DNA from: Gemmatimonadales bacterium
GTDB lineage: Bacteria > Gemmatimonadota > Gemmatimonadetes > Gemmatimonadales > GWC2-71-9
Direction: 5' to 3'
Length of the DNA: 64,000 nt
Assembly: GCA_035601235.1 (NCBI GenBank)
Contig: DATNOR010000038.1
Location: 4,858-68,857, forward strand
The position numbers were made by a program, and so were the translations under genes. The notes beneath the pieces were generated by a model. That model was given only the letters and a program-made list of their open reading frames with translations, was not told the origin of the DNA and did not search any database. Positions 50,744 through 58,826 of this stretch are shown one piece after another (position 1 is the stretch's first letter; each line of letters begins with the position of its first letter).

Positions 50744-53443
50744 GTGACGGCGCCGGCGCTCTCGGAACGCGACCTCGCCGTCCTCCGATCCTTCGCCCGC
50801 CGGATCGACCCTTCGGACGCGGGCGCGCACAACAACCTCGGCGTCCTGTATTACCAGAAGGGCCTGGTCGAGGACGCGATCGCCGAGTTCACCCGCGCGC
50901 TCGAGCTCGACCCGAAGATGCAGGTCGCGCAGCGCAACCTCGAGATCGCCTATCACGACACGGGCTACTACGACCAGCGCGTGGCCCAGCTGCGGGAGCG
51001 GCTGCGCAGCGCCCCCGACGACCGCGACGCGCGCTGGGAGCTGGGGCGCGCCTACGCGATCCTCGGCGCCCAGGAGGACGCCGTCGGGGAGTTCGAGCAG
51101 CTGCTGGCGCATCGCCCCGACGACGTGGCCGCCATCATCCAGCTCGGGCTCGCGGAAAAGAACCGGGGGCGGCCCGAAGCGGCGACGGAGTGGTTTCTGC
51201 GCGCCGTGGAGCTCGAGCCCGACTCGAGCGTCGTGCACTTCTATCTGGGGGAGATCTACTACAACCGGGGCTTGAACGCCGAGGCGCTCGGGGCGCTCGA
51301 GCGGGCGGTGGCCCTGAACCCCGACAACGCCAACGCCCACTACCTGATGGCCTTCGTCTTGGGCGACCTGGGTCGCCACCAGGACGCCCGGGCCGCCTCG
51401 AAGCGCGCGATCCAGCTCAACCCGCCGCTGGCCCGCGCCCAGACCAACCTCTCGCTCGAGCGCTACAACGCGGAGCGCAAGAGCCAGGAACGGCGCCAGC
51501 GGCTCGTACCCGAGCCGCAGGTGGTGGAAGGGAACGAGCTGGCGCACTACAACCTCGGGCTCGCCTTCCGGCAGAAGGGCTACTACAACGAGGCGCTGCG
51601 GGAGTATCGCCTGGCGCTGGAGCGGGGCGAGGACCGGCGGCTGACGCTGCAGGCGATGGCGGAGGTGCACCTGCTGAAGCACGACTTCGCCACGGCGCTC
51701 GAGCTGTACGACACGCTGCTGCGCGAGGTGCCCGACTCGCCCAAGCTGTGGAACGAGCGCGGAGTCGTGCTGCACCAGGCGGGCCGCACCGACGAAGCGC
51801 TGGCCTCCTACCGACAGGCGGTGGAGGTGGATGCCAAGTACGCGCTCGCCTGGAACAACCTCGGCGTGGTGCAGGCGCACAAGACCGCGGCCGACGCTGC
51901 GATCGAGTCGTTTCGCACGGCGCTGCGGTTGCAGGGGGCGTTCAGTGCCGCACGCTTGAACCTCGCCCTGCTGCTCTACCAGCTGCGCCGCTTCCAGCTG
52001 GCACTCGAGGCGTACCGCCAGGTGCTGTCGGGCGAGCCCGCCTCCGCCCCGGCCTGGAACGGCGTCGGGCTGGTGCTGGTGGAGCTGAAACGCTTTCCCG
52101 ACGCGCGCAACGCGTTCGTGCGCGCGGTGGAAGCGGACCCATCGCACGCGGGCGCGCATTACAACCTGAGCTTCACCCTGTCGAACCTCGGGGACTTCGA
52201 TGGCGCGCTCCGCGCCACCAAGCGCGCCCTGGAACTCGATCCCTACTACGTATCGCAGAAGTTCGCGCTCACGATCGACCTGCAGTACGAGAAGACCACG
52301 ATCGGGATCGCCCCGGAGATTTCGGCCGACGTGACCACCGAGACGATCGGCGAGGACTTCAGTTTCGACCAGCGGCTGCTGGACAACATCTTCCAGGAGC
52401 TCGAGCCCCCTGCCGCGCCGGAGCCGCCGGCCGGGAAGGCGGCCGACGACCCGCTGGCGCTGGCCCGCGACTACGTGAGCAAAGGGTTGATGGACGTCGC
52501 GGCGGCGGAGGCGGTGCGCGCCGTGCAGCGCGGCGCCAGCCGCGCCGACGCGGCCGTCCTGCTCGGCGACATCTTTGCGAAGCGGGGCCTGCACGGCGAG
52601 GCGCTGGAGCGCTACCGCGAGGCGCGCGCCCTCGAGGCCGAGCGCGTCGATGCGCGCCTGGGCGAGGTGAAGGCGTTGTTCGCGCTGGGCGGCCGCCGCG
52701 CCGAGGAGGCGCGCGCGCTGGCGGAGGAGCTGCTCGTGCTCGCCCCCGACCACGTGGACGCGCTCGTGGCGGCGGCGCGGGGACGCGCGGCGGCGGGCGA
52801 CGCGGCCGGGGCGCTCACGGCGCTGCAGCAGGCGCAAACGCGGGCGCCCGGGCGCGCCGACCTGCACAAGCTCCAAGGCGACGTGGCCATGAAGGTCGGC
52901 GACAAGCAGGGCGCGCTCGCCGCGTACCGCGCGGCGCTCGAGCTCGACCCGGGCTACGTGCAGGTGTGCGTCGACCTCGGCCGGCTACACGAAGAGAAAG
53001 AGGAGTGGAGCGCCGCCCAACAGGCGTACGAGCGGGCGCTCGACGCGCTGCCCACCTTCCACGAGGCGGCGCTCGCGCTGGCGGACCTGCTGCGCCGCTC
53101 CGGGCGCGCGCGCCAGGCGGTGGTGCGGCTCGCGGAAATGCTCGAGCAGGACCCCTACGACCTCCCGGCACTGTTGCTCCTGGGACGGGCGTTGCTCGAT
53201 GACAAGCGCGACCCCCAGGCCCTCGAAGCCTTCCGGCGGGCCCTCAAGTTCGACCCCGACCAAATGGAGGCGCTGTTCCAGCTGGGCGTCGTGCTCGCGC
53301 GGCTGCATCGCTACGCCGAGGCGGTGGAAGCGTGGGAGAAAGTGACACGCGTGGATCCCGGCGGTCCGTTCGCGCAGCGGGCGCGCGTGCACGCCCGCAC
53401 CGCGCTCGATCTGCAGCACATCTTCGACTCGGACGCCGCCTGA
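50744..53443 (+). CDS. 899-aa tetratricopeptide-repeat protein
   Basis: GTG start 3 nt after the cheC stop. More than 15 recognisable TPR units (e.g. AHNNLGVLYYQKGLVEDAIAEFTRALELDP, AWNNLGVVQAHK...). No signal peptide or TM helix seen. Confidence 0.85.
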   Translation: MTAPALSERDLAVLRSFARRIDPSDAGAHNNLGVLYYQKGLVEDAIAEFTRALELDPKMQVAQRNLEIAYHDTGYYDQRVAQLRERLRSAPDDRDARWELGRAYAILGAQEDAVGEFEQLLAHRPDDVAAIIQLGLAEKNRGRPEAATEWFLRAVELEPDSSVVHFYLGEIYYNRGLNAEALGALERAVALNPDNANAHYLMAFVLGDLGRHQDARAASKRAIQLNPPLARAQTNLSLERYNAERKSQERRQRLVPEPQVVEGNELAHYNLGLAFRQKGYYNEALREYRLALERGEDRRLTLQAMAEVHLLKHDFATALELYDTLLREVPDSPKLWNERGVVLHQAGRTDEALASYRQAVEVDAKYALAWNNLGVVQAHKTAADAAIESFRTALRLQGAFSAARLNLALLLYQLRRFQLALEAYRQVLSGEPASAPAWNGVGLVLVELKRFPDARNAFVRAVEADPSHAGAHYNLSFTLSNLGDFDGALRATKRALELDPYYVSQKFALTIDLQYEKTTIGIAPEISADVTTETIGEDFSFDQRLLDNIFQELEPPAAPEPPAGKAADDPLALARDYVSKGLMDVAAAEAVRAVQRGASRADAAVLLGDIFAKRGLHGEALERYREARALEAERVDARLGEVKALFALGGRRAEEARALAEELLVLAPDHVDALVAAARGRAAAGDAAGALTALQQAQTRAPGRADLHKLQGDVAMKVGDKQGALAAYRAALELDPGYVQVCVDLGRLHEEKEEWSAAQQAYERALDALPTFHEAALALADLLRRSGRARQAVVRLAEMLEQDPYDLPALLLLGRALLDDKRDPQALEAFRRALKFDPDQMEALFQLGVVLARLHRYAEAVEAWEKVTRVDPGGPFAQRARVHARTALDLQHIFDSDAA

Positions 53444-54594
53444 TGGCCATCGAGGGACCGCTCCGCGAGCTCGGCATCCACGACGTGTTCCAGCTGCTCG
53501 ATTTGAGCCGCAAGACCGGCGTGCTGCGCGTGACCTCGGAGCTGCGGCACAACGCGGGTACGGTGTCCTTCGAGGGCGGGACGATCATCTTCGCCGAGAT
53601 CCGCTCCAATCCGCACCCGCTCGGGGCGCTGCTCCTGCGCACCGGCAAGATCACCGACGCGGACCTGGAGCGCGCGCGCGACATGCAGGAGCGGCAGGGG
53701 GACAAGCGGCGGCTCGGCGAGATCCTCGTCTCGCTCGGCGCCATCACGCCGCGGGAGCTCGAGCGCCAGGTGCGCTTCCAGATCGAGGAAGTCGTGTTCG
53801 AAATGATGAGCTGGCGGGAGGGTTACTTCTCCTTCACCGAAGGCCCGCTCGACGACGCGCCGACGGACGGGACCGTTCGGATCCCCACGGAGGCGCTGCT
53901 GATGGAGGGCGCCCGCCGCATCGACGAGTGGTCGCGCATCGAGGGTCGGATCCCGCACCTGGGCGTCGTGCCGGCGCTCGCCCCGCCGCAGGAAGGGGAT
54001 TCCGGAGAGCTCGATCTGCTGCCGCCCGAGTGGGAGATGCTCGCGGCCATCGACGGCCAACGCGATGTACGCGCGATCGCCGCCGCACTGGGCCGCTCCG
54101 ACTTCGAGGTGGCGAAGACGCTGTTCGGACTCGAGAGCGCGGGCGTCATCGTGCTGGCCGACCCCGGCACGACCAAGCGCGAGCGCACCACGCTCGCCGC
54201 CGATCTGGCCCAGCTGGTGGCGCGCGCCGAAGACGCCCTGGCGCGGCGCGACCTGGAGGAGGCGCGTGGCGTGGCCGAGCAGGCCGCGGGCGTGCATCCG
54301 CACGATCCCGCCGTGCACCTGCTGCTCGGTCGCATTGCGCTCGCGGCCGGACGCGGTCCGGACGCGGTGGAAGAGCTGCGGCGCGCCCTGCGGCTCGATC
54401 CCCTGGGCGTCGCGGCGTACCGGCTGCTCGGCTACGCGCTCGTCGCGACCGGCCGCTTCGCCGAGGCCCTGGACCAGTGGGACCAGTGGGAGCGCCTGGC
54501 GCCGCGCTCGGAGGCGGAGCTGGCACGGCTCGACGAGGTGCGCCGTGCGCGCGGCGCCGCCCAGACGCTCGCCGGAGCGAGCACGCATGGCTGA
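53443..54594 (+). CDS. PATAN (DUF4388) domain protein with C-terminal TPR region
   Basis: Start ATG 53443 (TGATG junction). MAIEGPLRELGIHDVFQLLDLSRKTGVLRV...FEGGTIIFAE is the DUF4388/PATAN signature. It has a helical insert (LGEILVSLGAITPRELE) and C-terminal TPR-like helices. Paralogous to 58826..60442. Confidence 0.8.
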   Translation: MAIEGPLRELGIHDVFQLLDLSRKTGVLRVTSELRHNAGTVSFEGGTIIFAEIRSNPHPLGALLLRTGKITDADLERARDMQERQGDKRRLGEILVSLGAITPRELERQVRFQIEEVVFEMMSWREGYFSFTEGPLDDAPTDGTVRIPTEALLMEGARRIDEWSRIEGRIPHLGVVPALAPPQEGDSGELDLLPPEWEMLAAIDGQRDVRAIAAALGRSDFEVAKTLFGLESAGVIVLADPGTTKRERTTLAADLAQLVARAEDALARRDLEEARGVAEQAAGVHPHDPAVHLLLGRIALAAGRGPDAVEELRRALRLDPLGVAAYRLLGYALVATGRFAEALDQWDQWERLAPRSEAELARLDEVRRARGAAQTLAGASTHG

Positions 54595-55414
54595 CGACAT
54601 CAAGGCGCTCTCGGCCGAGCTGGCGCGGGACCCGGACAGCCTGGTATTCCTGCGGCTGGGCGAGCTGCTGCGTCACAAGGGGCAGGTCGACGCGGCCCAT
54701 CGCGTCGCCCTCACCGGTCTCGAGCGCCACCCGCATCTGGCGGACGCGCACGACCTGTACGCCCGCATCCTCGCCGACAAGCATGACTACGAGCGCGCCT
54801 TCGACGAGTGGGACATGGCGCTGCGGATCGCCCCCGACCACGTGGGGGCGCTCAAGGGTCTCGCCTTCCTCTATTTCAAGGTGGGCGACGTGCAGCAGGC
54901 CGCGGCCCATCTGGAGGCGGCGCAGCGCGTCGCTCCGGATGATCCGGGGATCGCGCAAGCGCTCGCGCTGGCGCACGGCGGCGAGGCCGGTCCGGGAGCC
55001 GCGTCGCCGGCGCCGGAGCCGATGGCGCCCGCGCCGGCGGCCCAGCCGCTCGAGGAGTCCCGCGTATTCGCGGGACTGGAAGGGGCGGAGGAAGGGCTGC
55101 TGCTGCTCGATCCGTCGGGCCAGGTGCTGGGGGGCGCCCTCAAGGATCCCTCGGGGCGGGACGTGACGGACGCCGTGGCCGCCTACCTGGCGGGTGTGTC
55201 GCAGGAGGCGGGGCGCACCGCCAAGCTGCTCGGTCTGGGAAGCTGGACCGGACTCGCCGCGGAAGGCCGGCACGGCCACGCCCACCTCACGCCGCCTACG
55301 GGGTCGGCGCTGCTGCTCGTGGTGCGCGAGCGCGCGGTGCCGATGGGGCGCCTCGCGATCATCGCCCAGCGCGCCGCCGTCGCGGCGCGCCGCTGGCTGG
55401 AAGCGCAGGCGTGA
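54587..55414 (+). CDS. TPR + roadblock/LC7 (MglB-like) fusion protein
   Basis: Start ATG 54587, an 8-nt overlap. N-terminal TPR (about 125 aa), a Pro/Ala linker, and a C-terminal roadblock-like segment GLLLLDPSGQVLGGALKDPSG...VAAYLAGVSQEAGRTAKLLGLGSW...ALLLVVRERAVPMGRL. Confidence 0.75.
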   Translation: MADDIKALSAELARDPDSLVFLRLGELLRHKGQVDAAHRVALTGLERHPHLADAHDLYARILADKHDYERAFDEWDMALRIAPDHVGALKGLAFLYFKVGDVQQAAAHLEAAQRVAPDDPGIAQALALAHGGEAGPGAASPAPEPMAPAPAAQPLEESRVFAGLEGAEEGLLLLDPSGQVLGGALKDPSGRDVTDAVAAYLAGVSQEAGRTAKLLGLGSWTGLAAEGRHGHAHLTPPTGSALLLVVRERAVPMGRLAIIAQRAAVAARRWLEAQA

Positions 55415-55770
55415 CCACGGCCCCCGCGGGATACGGCCGCGTGCTGGATCTGGTGACGCGCGTCCGCGGCGTGCGCGGCGCCATGCTCGTCGCGGGCGAC
55501 GACGGGCTCGTGGTCGCCGAGCAGTTGATGGAGGGGATCAAGGGGCCGGCCGTGGCGGCGCTCGCGGCGAGTCTCGCAAGCCGGCTGCGGCGCGCGCTCG
55601 AGGCAGCGGGCGTGGGCGCGGGTCAGTTCTGGCATCTCCAGGCGGAGCAGGGCGCCTTGCTGGTCGTCACCGCACCCTCGGGGGTGCTGGTGGTCGCCGT
55701 GGCGGAGCCCGACGTGAATGTGGGCCTGGTGCGGCTCGAGCTGCTGCGCGCGGCGGAGGCGGTGGGATGA
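55411..55770 (+). CDS. Roadblock/LC7 domain protein (MglB-like)
   Basis: 119 aa from GTG 55411 (GTGA overlap). LVTRVRGVRGAMLVAGDDGLVVAEQL...AALAASLASRL...LLVVTAPSGVLVVAVAEPDVNVGLVRLEL is a typical roadblock pattern. Confidence 0.8.
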   Translation: MTTAPAGYGRVLDLVTRVRGVRGAMLVAGDDGLVVAEQLMEGIKGPAVAALAASLASRLRRALEAAGVGAGQFWHLQAEQGALLVVTAPSGVLVVAVAEPDVNVGLVRLELLRAAEAVG

Positions 55771-56237
55771 CGACGCGCGCGGTCGAGCCGTGGGTTTTCG
55801 AGCCGCTCGTCAAGTTCGTGAAAGAGGCGGGGGCGCGCCTGGTCCTGCTGATGACCCCGGCCGGACAGGTGCTCGCGCAACACGGGTTCTCGCGCGCGGT
55901 GGACGTGATGGCGGCCGCGGCGCTGGGCGCCGCCATCATGGCCTCGACCGATGAGATCGCCCGGCAGCTGCGCCAGCCACCGTTCGCCGGACTGAATCAT
56001 CAGGGGGAGCGACACGGCATCTTCCTGGCGGCGGTCCCGACCGGGCGCGGCCGGCTGGTGGCGCTCGTCGTGTACGACCTCGATGCTTCGTCGCTCGGGC
56101 TGGTGCAGTTATTCTTCGAGCAGCTCGCCGCCGATCTGCAGGCGGCGAGCCCGAAGGACAGCGTGCCCAAGCAGGTGCTCGCGGCGGACTTCGAGCGCGA
56201 GCTGAGCGACAGCTTGAACACGCTGTTCGGGAGATAG
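55767..56237 (+). CDS. Roadblock/LC7-like protein, third paralog
   Basis: 156 aa from ATG 55767 (ATGA overlap). ARLVLLMTPAGQVLAQHGFSRAVDVMAAAALGAAIMAS...HGIFLAAVPTGRGRLVALVVYD, plus a ~40-aa C-terminal tail. Confidence 0.7.
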   Translation: MTTRAVEPWVFEPLVKFVKEAGARLVLLMTPAGQVLAQHGFSRAVDVMAAAALGAAIMASTDEIARQLRQPPFAGLNHQGERHGIFLAAVPTGRGRLVALVVYDLDASSLGLVQLFFEQLAADLQAASPKDSVPKQVLAADFERELSDSLNTLFGR

Positions 56238-56241
56238 CCTC

Positions 56242-56841
56242 GTGTCCCTGGTCAACTTCACGACGCGTGAGATCACCTGCAAGATCGTCTACTACGGGCC
56301 CGGCCGCTCGGGGAAGACGACCAACCTGCATTACATCTACGGCCGGGTGCCGGACTCGCGCCGCGGCCGCCTGGTGTCGCTCGCCACCCAGACCGACCGC
56401 ACCCTGTTCTTCGATTTCCTGCCGATCGACCTGGGGCAGATCTCCGGCTTTTCGACCCGGTTCCAGCTCTACACCGTGCCGGGCCAGGTGTACTACAACG
56501 CGACCCGCCGGCTCGTGCTCCAGGGCGCGGACGGCGTCGTGTTCGTGGGCGACAGCCAGGCGCGCCAGCTCGACGAGAACCTGGAAAGCCTGCAGAACCT
56601 GCAGAGCAACCTGCTCGAGCACGGCGTCGACATCCGCACGATCCCGCTGGTGCTGCAATACAACAAACAGGACTTGCCGCGCGAGCTGATCCTCTCGGCC
56701 GCCGACCTGGACGACGCCCTCAACTTCCGCGGCGTGCCGAGCTTCAGCGCGGACGCGCTGCACGGCAAGGGAGTATTCGAGACGCTCAAGGGCATTTCCG
56801 AGCTGGTGCTGAAAAAGCTCGCGGCGGGGACGGCGGCGTGA
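56242..56841 (+). CDS. mglA: Ras-like small GTPase MglA
   Basis: 199 aa, aligning along its full length by eye with Myxococcus MglA. KIVYYGPGRSGKTTNL (P-loop), TDRTLFFDFLP (intrinsic Arg), the MglA-specific TVPGQ in place of DxxGQ, and QYNKQD (NKxD). Confidence 0.92.
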   Translation: MSLVNFTTREITCKIVYYGPGRSGKTTNLHYIYGRVPDSRRGRLVSLATQTDRTLFFDFLPIDLGQISGFSTRFQLYTVPGQVYYNATRRLVLQGADGVVFVGDSQARQLDENLESLQNLQSNLLEHGVDIRTIPLVLQYNKQDLPRELILSAADLDDALNFRGVPSFSADALHGKGVFETLKGISELVLKKLAAGTAA

Positions 56842-58826
56842 CGAGCGCCCTCAATCCCAAGTACTCGTTCGACAGCTTCGTGGTGGGCGCCGCCAACCGG
56901 CTCGCCGTCACCGCGGGGCGGACGGTCGCGGAGAACCCGGGCGCGGCCTACAACCCGCTGTTCATCTACAGCGGATCGGGCCTGGGCAAGACCCACCTCC
57001 TGATGGCGGTGGGTCAGGCGGCGAAGAAAGCGGCCCCCGCGCTCAACATCGAGTACTTCACCCTGGACGAGTACGTCGAGGCGTTCCACGCCGCCATCGC
57101 CGCGGGGCAGGGCGACGCGTTCCGCCGCCGCTTTCAGAACGTGGACGTGCTGCTCGTGGACGACGTGCAGTTCCTCACGAACCGCAAGGAGATGCAGTCC
57201 GAGCTGTTGCGCCTGACGGAGGCGCTGCAGGTGGGGGGGCATCAGATCGTGCTCACGAGCGACCGTCCACCGCCCGAGATCGCCGACCTGGACGAGCGCC
57301 TGATCTCGCGGCTCTCGGGCGGGCTGGTGGTCGACATCGGGGCGCCGGATTACGAGACCCGGGTCGCCATCCTGCGCCGCAAGGCCGACGAGCGCGGGGC
57401 CAAGTTCGAGCCGGGCGTGCTCGAGACGGTCGCGGACGCGGAGTCCGGCAACGTGCGGGAGCTGATGGGGGCGCTCAACCGGCTGGTCGCGTTTCAAGCG
57501 GTGAACGACCGCTCCATCAACGCGGAGACGGCGAAACAGCTGCTCGGCATCGGAAGCGAGGGCGCGCCCAGCGATGGTGGCAAGGCCGCGGGGAGGGAAG
57601 GAGCGGCGCGCGAAAGCGCGGGGCCCGGGGCCCGGGGCCCGAGAGACGAGTTCGGCGACTTCCTGGCCGACGTGACGGTCACCGTGGGGAAGGCGGTCGA
57701 GGCGTGGCGCGCGCGGGTCGGGGAGGCGATGCTGCGCTGGGAGGGGGAAGGCTATCGCACGCGGCGGCTCGAGGCGCTACTCGAACGCGATACGCCCGCC
57801 GCCGTGGACCAGGTGATCGCGGCGTTCACGCAGGACGTGGAGCGCCTGAAGGAGCTCGAGGCTGAGGTCGCGGAGCTCGACCCCCAGGCCGCCGGGCAGA
57901 GTGTGTTTCGCGATCCGGAGCGGCTGGGCGAGGCGGAGGAGGTGGCGGCCAAGGTGCGCGATGGCGCCGCGCCGCCCCCGGGGCCGTCGGCCGCGTTTCC
58001 GCTCGCGGCCTACGCGGTGGGGCCGTCCAACGAAGTGGCGGTGGGCGCCGCGCGCGCGGTGCTGAAGCAGCCCGGCAAGAAGTACAATCCGCTCGTGCTG
58101 GTCGGCAAGAGCGGTCTCGGCAAGACGCATCTGCTCAACGCCATCGGCCTCGAGCTCGCCCGCGGCAAGCGGGCGGTGGTGGCGTGTCTCTCGACGCAGG
58201 CGTTCGTGGATGAGCTGATCGCGGCGATCGATGGCGACCGCGTCGACTGGTGGCGGGCGCGCTACCGCCGCGCGACCGCGCTGCTGCTCGACGACATCCA
58301 TCTCATTGCCGGCAAGGAGCGCACGCAGGAGGAGCTGTTCAACCTGTTCAACCTGCTGCAGGACAAGGAGCGCCAGCTCGTCTTCACCGCTCCGGCACAG
58401 CCGCATACGCTCCCCGGTCTGGAGGAGCGCATCGCGTCGCGCCTGGCCGGAGGCCTGGTCGCGGAGATCAAGGAGCCCGACCGCGAGGTGAAGCGGGCCG
58501 TGCTGGAGCGCCTGCTGGGCCAGCAGAACTCCAGCCCGGATCCGGCGCTCGTCGACTACCTCGCCGACCGTCCGGCGGAGTCGGTGCGCGGCCTGGTGGG
58601 CGAGCTGCAGCGGGTCGTGGGCGCGGCGGCCGCCCAGGATGGTCCGCTCACGGCGGGGCTCGCGCGCGAGGTGCTCGAGGGCCAGGCGCCGCGCGACAGC
58701 CGCCGCAGCGCCGGCTTCCGTACGTCGGGGATCGTGGTGTCGAGCCTGGGCGGCATCAAGAGCCGTGAGAAAATGGTGTGGGACTGGAGCGACGTCGCCG
58801 ACCGTGTAATCGAGGAGTTCCGCTGA
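56838..58826 (+). CDS. Tandem DnaA-type AAA+ ATPase protein lacking DnaA domains I and IV
   Basis: 662 aa from GTG 56838 (GTGA overlap with mglA). Module 1 (aa 7-236): NPKYSFDSFVVGAANRLA, AYNPLFIYSGSGLGKTHL, LLVDDVQF, IVLTSDRPP, ERLISRLSGGLVV and GNVRELMGALNRL. Module 2 (aa 386-615): AYAVGPSNEVA, KYNPLVLVGKSGLGKTHL, LLLDDIHL, LVFTAPAQP, ERIASRLAGGLVA and ESVRGLVGELQRV. No helix-turn-helix DnaA-box-binding domain is present. Confidence 0.85.
   Translation: MTSALNPKYSFDSFVVGAANRLAVTAGRTVAENPGAAYNPLFIYSGSGLGKTHLLMAVGQAAKKAAPALNIEYFTLDEYVEAFHAAIAAGQGDAFRRRFQNVDVLLVDDVQFLTNRKEMQSELLRLTEALQVGGHQIVLTSDRPPPEIADLDERLISRLSGGLVVDIGAPDYETRVAILRRKADERGAKFEPGVLETVADAESGNVRELMGALNRLVAFQAVNDRSINAETAKQLLGIGSEGAPSDGGKAAGREGAARESAGPGARGPRDEFGDFLADVTVTVGKAVEAWRARVGEAMLRWEGEGYRTRRLEALLERDTPAAVDQVIAAFTQDVERLKELEAEVAELDPQAAGQSVFRDPERLGEAEEVAAKVRDGAAPPPGPSAAFPLAAYAVGPSNEVAVGAARAVLKQPGKKYNPLVLVGKSGLGKTHLLNAIGLELARGKRAVVACLSTQAFVDELIAAIDGDRVDWWRARYRRATALLLDDIHLIAGKERTQEELFNLFNLLQDKERQLVFTAPAQPHTLPGLEERIASRLAGGLVAEIKEPDREVKRAVLERLLGQQNSSPDPALVDYLADRPAESVRGLVGELQRVVGAAAAQDGPLTAGLAREVLEGQAPRDSRRSAGFRTSGIVVSSLGGIKSREKMVWDWSDVADRVIEEFR

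Noticed and set aside
50210-52876. 888-aa minus-strand ORF antisense to cheC and the TPR gene
   Set aside because: It is a shadow ORF of a GC-rich repeat gene. The plus strand gives clean TPR units and operon-consistent junctions.
56838-58826. Reading the DnaA-like gene as the chromosomal replication initiator and this locus as oriC
   Set aside because: There is no DnaA domain I or IV and no adjacent dnaN, recF or gyrB. I saw no AT-rich unwinding element and no cluster of TTATCCACA-like boxes. The gene is start/stop-coupled to mglA and a PATAN-TPR gene inside a che operon.
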